Assembly: GCA_017302015.1 (NCBI GenBank)
Contig: JAFLEE010000016.1
Coordinates: 5,162-69,161 of the forward strand
DNA: 64,000 nt
Direction: 5' to 3'
Origin: Spirochaetota bacterium
Lineage (GTDB): Bacteria; Spirochaetota; UBA12135; COTS27; JAFLEE01
Part shown: piece after piece, positions 32,788 to 40,981 of the stretch
Layout of the letters: each line of letters begins with the position of its first letter
Numbering within the stretch: the first letter of the stretch is position 1
Translations under genes and position numbers: made by a program
Notes under the pieces: generated by a model
Seen by the model: only the letters and a program-made list of their open reading frames with translations
Database searches by the model: none
Told to the model about the DNA's origin: nothing

Positions 32788-35508
32788 TCATGGGAAAAAC
32801 ATCCATCCCAAATCCGACGGATTATCATCCCCGAAAAAGAGCCTGGGTTCCCAGGGATGCTTTTCGATCCAGGCATCCGAGGTGCCCTCGGGCCCCGCGG
32901 TGTAGACATTGATCCGCAGGGGGCGGGAGAAATCCTCCTCCCGGATCACGGGGTTGGGGATTCGGAATTGGGCCGTCCGCACCGCGACACCCGTCTGGGC
33001 CGCGCTCCAACGATTATCGGGGATCGGTAACTTGTTATGGTGCTTGCGCTTCCCATCCGCGAGGAGTTCGAACTTCATCACCGGCCACAGGCGCCGCGGT
33101 TCGATCTCCACGAAGAAGCTCCCCTGCCCTTCGGGGAGGGCGGCCTCCACGGTGACGAGGAGATCCGAGCCGTCCAAGACCGCACGCCAACGTCCGCGGC
33201 CGCCATGGAAGGGCTCCCACGGGGCCTCCGCGGGGAAGCGCGGACAAGCGTAGGTCTTTCCAGTGGGTGCGGCGCCGGTGTATTCGGGGAAGAGGGGTTG
33301 CCGCTCGGCGATGGAGGCTTCCACGGCGGGAAATTCCGTCTCGAGGAGCTTGGCGAGGAGTTCGATGCGCCAATGAAATTTTGCCGGGAAGTACTTGTAG
33401 GCCTCGGCTTCCGAGTGGAAGCCCAGGCGGGAATCGGCGAGGCAGAGTTCGGCCAGGCGCCGGCTGCTTGCCATCTCCTCGCGCACGATGGCGCGGAGCG
33501 TGCCAAGGGATTCCCGCTGGGTCGGGGGATCTTGGAAGGGGAGGCGCTCCCGCAGGTCATAGAAGCGGTAGACTTGGTGGGCGCTATGGATCTGGATGCC
33601 GATGGCTTCCGCGAGGCCGATATCCAAGAGGCGCGGTGCGTCGCCGACGTACTTGGGCCGCAGCGCCGAAAGCGTTTCGACGCCGCGGCGCCAAAGCGTG
33701 TCCATCTTCTCCAGGAGGAGGAGCCCTTCGCCCAGGGTATGGCCGAACGAAAGGCATTCGCCGATGCGGTCCCCCGCATCGATGGGGAAGGTGAACTTCC
33801 AACTGGGGGAGATCGGACGGTCCACGGGGATGAGATGCAGGGGCCAGACCACCGAATTGTGGACGGGGCCGTACCAGGTGAAGGGGAGATTGACCGGGAA
33901 TTGGGAATAGCCCTCCTGGAAATCTTTCCAAGCGCCCGCGACGGCGGCTTCATCCCCCGGCCAATCGATGGCGGCGAGGCGGAGGAGAAAATCGTCCTCC
34001 TTCTCCTCGAAGGGGGCGAAGGAGAGTTCCCCCGCGGCCTTGTTCATGAGGCCGGGGTAATTGCCGAAGTACCAGCATTGCATGACGGTGCTCACGCCCA
34101 GCCCGTGCATCGCCCGGTATTTTTTGTAGAGATTCCCGGGAACGGGAATGAAGGGGATGGTGGCGACCTCGTGGGAGCACCCGACCTGGATCTTGGCGGA
34201 CATGCGGGCCCCGGCGGCCAGCGCGTTCTTGGCGCACTGGGAGAAGAGGCCGCTCGGGCCCGGCCAGGCGAGCCAATAATCCAGGGCGATGCGCGTCTTG
34301 CCGAGTTGCTCCACCTCCCCGGCGGATTCGAAATTAGATTGGAGGGTGACTTCTTTGGGGATGTGGGCCGCGATCTCGGCGATGACGGGCTTGGTCTTCT
34401 CCATCTCATCCATATAGGGGATATAGAGCCAGGAGATCATCTCGGCGCGGGGGTCGGCGCGGTGCATGCCCAGGGCGAAGGCGGCGGTGGTGTCGGCGAG
34501 GACCTCCCAGGGCTTGCGCTTGGAGCAGCGCGGGCACCGGTTGTCGAAGAACTGGTGCGTCGCGGAATAGCAATGGGTCGGGCGCTCCCCCAGGTTGATG
34601 GAGATGAGGCCGCCGAGGCCGGGAACCTGGGAGAAGAGGAAATAGGTGGACTGCTCGAGGAAGCGCTGGCCCTCGGCGGTGGAGGTGCAGAAATTCACCG
34701 CCCATGCTCGGTGGCCGGCAAGGGCTTCGTTTCCCTCCAGATAGGAGGCCGGGAGCAAGTACTCGTCGACCGCGCCGAAGCCTTGGGGTTCGATGGCGAA
34801 CGGAAAGATGCGGATGCCGTAGCGGGCGCATTTGGCCACCGTCGCCCTGAGTTTGGCCAGGCGGCGCTCGCGGCCCTTCCCGAACTCGGGGAAGAACTCG
34901 CTGGGGCAGAGTTCGCTGAACTTCACCGTCAGCCACAGCCCGTTGATCCCCTCGTGGGCGAGGCGATTCAAGTATTCGTCGGGGTAATAATCCACGTCGT
35001 CGGCGAGTTCGTCCCGGTTCATGGGGGGGCGCTTGATGGGGCCGAAAAAGCAGCGCGAGATCCGCGTGCGGATGACCGGCCGGCGCTCCCGATTTCCCGG
35101 GGCCAGGAACGGCCCCCCGGTGCGCCTGATTTCATCCTCGAGATGGACGAGGGCTCGGCGGACGCCCTCGGTGTCGGCGGCGAGCACGCGGCACCCGTCG
35201 GCCTTCGCCTCGATGCGGTAGGCCTCGAAGCAGGGCATGGGCGCCTCCTCCACCGCGATGGGGTAGGCGCCGTCTTCGGGGATCCGTCCGGCGGCGAGGA
35301 AAGCTCGGAAATCGGCGAAGGCGGTGGCGAGCACGGCCTTGGGGTCCGGGAATGCGAGGGAGAGCGCGACGCCGCGGGAGAGTTCGATCTCGCCGGGACG
35401 GGGCGCCGTCCGCCGCCAGGACATCGGCTGATGGAGGGGCGTCTTGAGCTCGTCGATGAATTTCCAATCGGCCATGGTCGGCTGGGGGACGGAATGGAGT
35501 TCGCGCAT
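32788..35508 (-). CDS. large (906-aa) conserved-looking hypothetical protein, possible glycoside-hydrolase-like TIM barrel
   Basis: Host-like codon bias and no signal peptide. The stretch DYYPDEYLNRLAHEGINGLWLTVKF...YGIRIFPFAIEPQGF suggests a barrel. The start at 35508 is supported by AGGAG 5 nt upstream. I recognise no family. Confidence 0.55.
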   Translation of the reverse strand: MRELHSVPQPTMADWKFIDELKTPLHQPMSWRRTAPRPGEIELSRGVALSLAFPDPKAVLATAFADFRAFLAAGRIPEDGAYPIAVEEAPMPCFEAYRIEAKADGCRVLAADTEGVRRALVHLEDEIRRTGGPFLAPGNRERRPVIRTRISRCFFGPIKRPPMNRDELADDVDYYPDEYLNRLAHEGINGLWLTVKFSELCPSEFFPEFGKGRERRLAKLRATVAKCARYGIRIFPFAIEPQGFGAVDEYLLPASYLEGNEALAGHRAWAVNFCTSTAEGQRFLEQSTYFLFSQVPGLGGLISINLGERPTHCYSATHQFFDNRCPRCSKRKPWEVLADTTAAFALGMHRADPRAEMISWLYIPYMDEMEKTKPVIAEIAAHIPKEVTLQSNFESAGEVEQLGKTRIALDYWLAWPGPSGLFSQCAKNALAAGARMSAKIQVGCSHEVATIPFIPVPGNLYKKYRAMHGLGVSTVMQCWYFGNYPGLMNKAAGELSFAPFEEKEDDFLLRLAAIDWPGDEAAVAGAWKDFQEGYSQFPVNLPFTWYGPVHNSVVWPLHLIPVDRPISPSWKFTFPIDAGDRIGECLSFGHTLGEGLLLLEKMDTLWRRGVETLSALRPKYVGDAPRLLDIGLAEAIGIQIHSAHQVYRFYDLRERLPFQDPPTQRESLGTLRAIVREEMASSRRLAELCLADSRLGFHSEAEAYKYFPAKFHWRIELLAKLLETEFPAVEASIAERQPLFPEYTGAAPTGKTYACPRFPAEAPWEPFHGGRGRWRAVLDGSDLLVTVEAALPEGQGSFFVEIEPRRLWPVMKFELLADGKRKHHNKLPIPDNRWSAAQTGVAVRTAQFRIPNPVIREEDFSRPLRINVYTAGPEGTSDAWIEKHPWEPRLFFGDDNPSDLGWMFFP

Positions 35509-35599
35509 CGTGGCTCCTGGGGACGCCTCCATCATAAGCCGCCGGCGGGCCGGGGACCATGCAAAAATGGGCCCGATCCATGGAACTTCCGGCCCGGCC

Positions 35600-36448
35600 A
35601 TGACGTCCCACCCCCGAAGCGCCCGCGCCCAATCCTCCCGCGTCGTTTCGTCGGAGAAGTTCGAATCCTTCGTCAATCGCCTTCGTTTCGTGGTGACCTA
35701 CCACGGCCAGGCTCGCCTCGATTCACGGTGGCGGGGCGAAGGCCATACGATCGCCTCGAATATCCTGTTCCTCGTGAAGTCGGGCTCGGGGGTCTACGTC
35801 TACAACGGCCGGCCCGTTGAACTCCTCCCCGGCAAGGCCTATCTCTTCCCGAAGGGCGCGGTCGTGGGCTTCTCCTGTCCGCGGCGGCTGGAGAAGTTCT
35901 TCCTGCACTTCCGCCTGGAGGTCAACCCCCTCGTCGATCTCTTCGACCTCCTCCCCGCCCGCCCCCTCCGCCGCGATCTCGAAGCGGGCCTCCTCGCTTC
36001 GATCGCCCGCTTCACGGTGAGCGATCTCCGCGCCTATTTCTCGGTGGACGCCGAACTCCGGGGGCTTATCGCGCGCTTCCTCGAGGACGCGCCCCGACCG
36101 GACCCGGCCAAACTCGCCCTCCTGGAGAAGTACGCCCCGATCATGCGCCACCTGGAGGCGCACCTGGGCATCGACCTCACCGTCGGCCGCCTCGCCGCCT
36201 TGATGGGCCTGGCCGAACAGAACCTTTCCCGCCGCTTCAAGAAGGAGACGGGGATGAACCTGAAGCACCTCGTGGTCCGCAAGGTGGTGGAACGGGCCCG
36301 GGACGAACTCCGGGGGAGCGGGAAGAAGGTCAAGGAGATCGCCGAGGGCCTGCGCTTCGAGGACCACCTCTACTTCTCCAAGTTCTTCAAGACCCATACG
36401 GGCCTGTCGCCCGTGGAGTACCGCCGCCGGGGCGCCGCCCTCCCCTAG
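35600..36448 (+). CDS. AraC-family transcriptional regulator
   Basis: A cupin-like N-terminus with a C-terminal HTH (LAALMGLAEQNLSRRFKKETGMNLKH...IAEGLRFEDHLYFSKFFKTHTGLSPVEY). It is divergent from the 906-aa gene. Confidence 0.8.
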   Translation: MTSHPRSARAQSSRVVSSEKFESFVNRLRFVVTYHGQARLDSRWRGEGHTIASNILFLVKSGSGVYVYNGRPVELLPGKAYLFPKGAVVGFSCPRRLEKFFLHFRLEVNPLVDLFDLLPARPLRRDLEAGLLASIARFTVSDLRAYFSVDAELRGLIARFLEDAPRPDPAKLALLEKYAPIMRHLEAHLGIDLTVGRLAALMGLAEQNLSRRFKKETGMNLKHLVVRKVVERARDELRGSGKKVKEIAEGLRFEDHLYFSKFFKTHTGLSPVEYRRRGAALP

Positions 36449-37725
36449 GCGAGGATGCCGGCGATCGGCGCGCCGCCGCCGCCCATGAGGAAGGGCCGGC
36501 CGGCGGGGCTGACGACCTCCTTGGCGGGATCGAGGCCGAGGGCCGCGACGATCGTCGCGCTCAGGTCCATGGGGGTGGCGGGATCGCGCTTGGGTTTGCG
36601 TCCGTCCTCGTCGCTCTCGCCCCAGACCGAGCCGCCCTTGACGGCCCCGCCGGCGAGGAGCGCGCTGAAGCAATCGGGGTGGTGGTCGCGGCCCTTGCCC
36701 TCGTTGATGCGCGGCGTGCGTCCGAACTCGCTGCAGAGCACGACGAGGGTCTCGCCCAGGAGGCCGCGGGCCTTGAGATCCTCGAGGAGCGCGCCCAAGC
36801 CCTGGTCGAGGATGGCCGCCTGCTTCTCCACCGAGGTGAAATTGTCCTGGTGGGTATCCCAATTGCCCCAGGCCACCTCGACCCACCGCACGTCGCGCTC
36901 GATGAGGCGCCGGGCCAGGAGGCATCCCTGGCCGAACCGGTTCTTCCCGTAGCCTTCCCGGGCCGCGTCGCTCTCCTTGCTCAGGTCGAAGGCCTCGAGG
37001 TCGCGGGCGTGCATGAGGGCGAGGGCCTGGTCGTAGAACGACGCATAATCCTTCACGCCGGCCACCCGCCCCCAACGCTCGAGGTAGGGTTCGTTGAGGG
37101 CCTTCATCAGTTTGATGCGGCGCTCCACGATCTCGTGGGGAATGTACTTCGGGGGCACCACGTTGGCGAGGGCCTGCTCGGGGTCCCCGACGCGGAACGG
37201 GGCGAAGGTGTTCTCGAAGAAGCCGGCGCCGGCCACCGCGTCGCCCACGGCGACGAAGGGCGGCAGGTCTGCGTTGAGCCGGGGCGCGAACTTCGCGACC
37301 CAGGCGGCCGTGGCCGGGTGGAGCAGGCTCGACAGCGGCGGGTAGCCGGTATGGAGTTGGTAGCGCGCGCGCTCGTGGGCGCCCTCCTTGCTGTGCAGCG
37401 ATCGCACGAGGGCGATCTCCTTCATCTGACCCGCCGTGCGGGCGAGGCTGGCGCCGAGGAGCACCCCGGGGACGGCGGTCTTCACCGTCTCGGTGGGGCC
37501 CTGGACCTCGCGGCCCGGCTTGGGGTCGAGGGTATCCAGGTGGCTCATGCCGCCCTGCATGTAGAGGTAGATGACGCGTTTGGCCTTGGCCCGCGAGGGG
37601 GCCGCCTGTGCGCGTAAGAAACTGGGCAGGGCCGAGACGAAGGCCAGGCCGAAGGCGGTCCGGGCGAGGTGGCGGGCGAAATCCCGTCGGGTGAGTTCGT
37701 CTTCGGTTCGTCGGATGGGGGTCAT
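36445..37725 (-). CDS. DUF1501 (sulfatase-fold) protein with Tat-type signal
   Basis: TRRDFARHLARTAFGLAFVSALPSFLRA, then YLYMQGGMSHLDTLDPKP, FGRTP and DHHP motifs. GGAGG lies upstream of ATG 37725. Confidence 0.85.
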   Translation of the reverse strand: MTPIRRTEDELTRRDFARHLARTAFGLAFVSALPSFLRAQAAPSRAKAKRVIYLYMQGGMSHLDTLDPKPGREVQGPTETVKTAVPGVLLGASLARTAGQMKEIALVRSLHSKEGAHERARYQLHTGYPPLSSLLHPATAAWVAKFAPRLNADLPPFVAVGDAVAGAGFFENTFAPFRVGDPEQALANVVPPKYIPHEIVERRIKLMKALNEPYLERWGRVAGVKDYASFYDQALALMHARDLEAFDLSKESDAAREGYGKNRFGQGCLLARRLIERDVRWVEVAWGNWDTHQDNFTSVEKQAAILDQGLGALLEDLKARGLLGETLVVLCSEFGRTPRINEGKGRDHHPDCFSALLAGGAVKGGSVWGESDEDGRKPKRDPATPMDLSATIVAALGLDPAKEVVSPAGRPFLMGGGGAPIAGILA

Positions 37726-37745
37726 GGTTTCTCTGCCTCCGGGCT

Positions 37746-39755
37746 TCAGGGGTAGAAGAGGAACTCGCGCTGGTTGAGGAGGGCCCACGCGATATCCTGG
37801 TTGAGCACGCCCTTGCCGCCGGAGGCCTTCATCTCCTGGGCGTAGGCGCCCAAGGCGGCGACTTCGCCCTCGGTGGGTTCTCGGGTGAAGAACCGCACAT
37901 AGAACGCGCGGACGACGGCGCGCAAATCGGGGGCGTTCTTCAGTTCGACGAACAATTGGTTCTGGGGGGAGGCGGTGATGAGGCGCTGCACCTCGTTGGC
38001 GTTCATGAGGAAGAGCGCCTGGATCATGCTGGGATCCTGGTTCCCCTCGCTCACCGATTCCCGCGAGGGCACCCCGAACTGGTCGAGGAAGGTCCCGGCG
38101 CGGATGGGGGAGGGCAACTCGCAGGCGAGGGGGATGACGACGCCCTTGTATTTTTTGTCCCCACCCGCGCCGGCCATGGGGGCCATCGTCATGCTCGGCG
38201 CCATCCCGGCGGCCATCACGCCCGGCATGGGGGTCATGGAATTGGCGGCGATCATCATGGTGCCGCCCGGGCTTTCCATCGCGGAGGCGACGCCCGCGAT
38301 GGGTTTGCCCTGCATGGCCTGATCCCGCAGCATCCCCGGGGCTTCCTGGTGGGCGACCCGCCCCCCCTGGCGCTCACGGATCTTTTCGCCCTGGAAGAGG
38401 GCGGCCATGCTGTCCCAGAGCTGCTCGGCGCTCATGCGGCGGAGGGGGTGGCTCACGAGGCGGTACTTATGCCACGTGACGGTCTCGGGGGCGGTGGCGA
38501 GGCCGTAGACGCGGGAGGCCGCGATGGCCGCGGTGTAGACCTTGAGATTATAGTGGCTGGAGACCATCAGGTTCGTCAGGGCCGCGAGTACTTCGGGGGC
38601 GCTGGCCTTATTGTCGGGGCTCAGGTCGTCGACGGGCTCGATGAGCCCGATGCCGATGAGGCGCTTCCACAGGCGGTTGGCGATGCTGCGGGTGAAGTTC
38701 GGATTCTCGGGGGAGGTGAGCCACTGGGCGAATTGCGCGCGCCGGGGCTGGTCGGGGTCGAGGACGACCTGGGGACCGAAGAGGGTGGCGGGGCGCACGG
38801 CCTTGCCCGCCTCGTTGCTGTCGTAGACGTAATTGGCCGGGAGTTTCAATTCGCGGCCGCGCACGTCCGAGAGGATCCAGGGCTCCTCCCGTTGGCGGCG
38901 GCGGATCTCGGCGATCATCTGGGGCGTCTTGTCGGGGGCCTTCTCCTCCTCGCGCAGGAGTTTCATCACCGCGGGGTCCTTCGTCAGGTTCAGTTCGGAG
39001 AAGAACGCGGCCATCTGGTAGAATTGCTTCTGGGTCCAAGGTTCGAACTTGGCGTTGTGGCACATGGCGCAGCCCACCTGGCTGGAGAGGAACACGGTGG
39101 CCGTCTGGCTGAAATGGTCGAGGATGCCCTGCATCTGGTCGCGCAGCACGAAGCCGGCGGCGCCGTTCTCCTCGCTCGCCTTGCCGTCGGCGGCGACGAG
39201 GCGGCGGACGAACTCGTCGTAGGGCATGTTCTCGCGCAGCGCCGCCTTGACCCAGAACTCGTAGCTGCGGTTGGGGATGCCGTTGCCGGGATTCGCGGTC
39301 GGGATGCGCAGGAGACCCGCCCAGAGATTATAGAAGTGGTCCACGTACCCCTCGCTCCGCACCAGGGCGAGGGCGGTCCGGAAGCGGCGGTCGGGGCCCG
39401 AGTCCGCGAGGAAGGCGGCGTACTCCCCGGCGGTGGGGATGCGCCCCGCGAGGTCGAGGGTGACGCGGCGCAGGTAGACCTCGTCGGGGGCGGCTCCGGC
39501 GGGCACGAGGCCCAGGCGCTTCCAATACGCCGCGACGGCCGCATCGATGGAGGCGGCGCCGCGACGGACGGCCTCGGCGTCGACGGCGGCGTTCGATCTC
39601 CACGCGTCGCCGAGGGTCTCTGTCTGGTGGGGAAACGCCTCCCCCGGTTTACCTCGGGCGATCCCCTTCTGTTCCTTGGCGCCCTGGAGCGCGGCGAGGA
39701 GCAGGATGGACGGGATGAGGAAGCGCAGGGCGCGGCGAGGAGCGGCTTGGTTCAT
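37746..39755 (-). CDS. DUF1549/DUF1553 (PSCyt2/PSD1) protein
   Basis: Motifs YLRRVTLDLAGRIPT and CAMCHNAKFEPWTQKQFYQMAAFF, plus a C-terminal REFLFYP. A signal peptide is present. The gene ends 20 nt upstream of the DUF1501 start. Confidence 0.85.
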   Translation of the reverse strand: MNQAAPRRALRFLIPSILLLAALQGAKEQKGIARGKPGEAFPHQTETLGDAWRSNAAVDAEAVRRGAASIDAAVAAYWKRLGLVPAGAAPDEVYLRRVTLDLAGRIPTAGEYAAFLADSGPDRRFRTALALVRSEGYVDHFYNLWAGLLRIPTANPGNGIPNRSYEFWVKAALRENMPYDEFVRRLVAADGKASEENGAAGFVLRDQMQGILDHFSQTATVFLSSQVGCAMCHNAKFEPWTQKQFYQMAAFFSELNLTKDPAVMKLLREEEKAPDKTPQMIAEIRRRQREEPWILSDVRGRELKLPANYVYDSNEAGKAVRPATLFGPQVVLDPDQPRRAQFAQWLTSPENPNFTRSIANRLWKRLIGIGLIEPVDDLSPDNKASAPEVLAALTNLMVSSHYNLKVYTAAIAASRVYGLATAPETVTWHKYRLVSHPLRRMSAEQLWDSMAALFQGEKIRERQGGRVAHQEAPGMLRDQAMQGKPIAGVASAMESPGGTMMIAANSMTPMPGVMAAGMAPSMTMAPMAGAGGDKKYKGVVIPLACELPSPIRAGTFLDQFGVPSRESVSEGNQDPSMIQALFLMNANEVQRLITASPQNQLFVELKNAPDLRAVVRAFYVRFFTREPTEGEVAALGAYAQEMKASGGKGVLNQDIAWALLNQREFLFYP

Positions 39756-39799
39756 GGGGACTCCCGATCCTCAATATAACTCTCCTCGGAAGTCCGGAT

Positions 39800-40545
39800 G
39801 AAATCGGTTCTCGATGGATAATGATCGAACCTTTTCGCTCCCCGTTTTTAAAAAGTTTCGATGATTCGGATGAGTCATGGGGGATATATCTGGCCAGAGT
39901 CACTCCTTCCTGACGCTCTCACAAAAAAACAGGATGCGATGGGCGAAAGCCATTCCAACCAACGCAAATAAAACCCTTCGGGCCTTTCGGGGTTCTTCAT
40001 GATTCCACGCTCAGAATTTGGCTTCGATCCATTCAAGCGGAAGCTCTGTTTAGGATGGGTCGTTATAAACGAGTCGATTTGGGGAGGCTCGAAATCTCGT
40101 GGGAAGTGACTCGGAGCTCCATTACTCGCCAGCGGCACGTTCTTTTTGCCCGAGAAAACTCGATCCAAAGCCTGTCTTGGATTCAATCCGGTTTCGCCGA
40201 GGAATGCCTGCGAACAGGGACACCTCCCTCCGTGCTTCCCTGATTCGATCCTCCCTTGGATCCCGGCCTAAGCGAGGCTCATTGGGCGGCGAAATGCACA
40301 TCGGCGTGCGGGGCGAAGTGAGACAAATTCCCGTTCCTGGCGGGCACGATGAAACGGTACGTCTTAGCCCCATTTGTGAATCGTCAGGTAAAGACCGCTT
40401 AAAACAGGTGACGACGATTTGTCTTACGCCTTTTGGTGGGAAGATCCGGGAAATATCCCCATTTATAGAGGTAAGTGATACAGGATCCTTGGTAGATGGA
40501 AATGGAAAAAATCATCGGCTAAAAAAATTAAAATATTAAAAAATG
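39800..40545. other. roughly 750-bp low-GC non-coding-looking island
   Basis: Hand counts give 43% GC for 39841-39900 and 17% for 40501-40560, against about two-thirds elsewhere. The ORFs here (39875..40186 minus, 40099..40539 plus) have non-host third-position composition and no motifs I recognise. Confidence 0.5.
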
Positions 40546-40547
40546 TA

Positions 40548-40576
40548 TTGACATATTAAAATATATTGCCTAAAAT
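40548..40576 (+). promoter_or_regulatory. near-consensus sigma70-type promoter of the DUF2089 operon
   Basis: TTGACA (40548-40553), 17-nt spacer, TAAAAT (40571-40576). About 45 nt of very A/T-rich sequence lies upstream (40519-40547). The GTG start is 7 nt after the -10. Confidence 0.6.
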
Positions 40577-40582
40577 TTCTCT

Positions 40583-40981
40583 GTGAGTCAAACAGCATTT
40601 AGCAGCCTTTCCTGTCCTTCCTGCAGCAAGAATCTGAAGGTTCGCCTTTTGGTCTGCGATGATTGCGGGGTCAAGGTCGAGGGCGATTTCCAGCCCAACG
40701 AGTTCGCGACCCTGCCGGCGGAAGACCTCCATTTCCTGCGGGTTTTCGTCCAAAGCGAGGGCCGCGTCCGCGAGATGGAGACGGCCCTGGGCCTCAGCTA
40801 CCCGACGATCCGCACCCGCTTGGCCGCCCTCAAGGCCAAGCTCGCTCCGGCGGCGGGGGGAGAGCCGGAGCGCGACCCGCGGGAAGAAAAAATCCGCGCC
40901 ATCCTCGGCGAACTCGCAAAGGGGAAAGTCCCCTTCGAGAAAGCCCTCGCCCAAATCCAAGAACTCAAGAAAACCCCATGA
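40583..40981 (+). CDS. DUF2089-family zinc-ribbon + HTH protein
   Basis: CPSC...CDDC ribbon, FLRVFVQSEGRVREMETALGLSYPTIRTRLAALKAKL, GTG start. Confidence 0.7.
   Translation: MSQTAFSSLSCPSCSKNLKVRLLVCDDCGVKVEGDFQPNEFATLPAEDLHFLRVFVQSEGRVREMETALGLSYPTIRTRLAALKAKLAPAAGGEPERDPREEKIRAILGELAKGKVPFEKALAQIQELKKTP

Noticed and set aside
39788-39797. GGAAGTCCGG, resembling the RNase P RNA P4 'GGAAAGUCCGG' core, inside the low-GC island.
   Set aside because: It is one nucleotide short of the conserved motif. None of the other universally conserved RNase P segments are nearby on either strand.
40242-40251. GATTCGATCC T-loop-like sequence suggesting a tRNA or tmRNA 3' domain.
   Set aside because: The flanking bases do not form a T-stem or acceptor stem, and I could not fold a cloverleaf.
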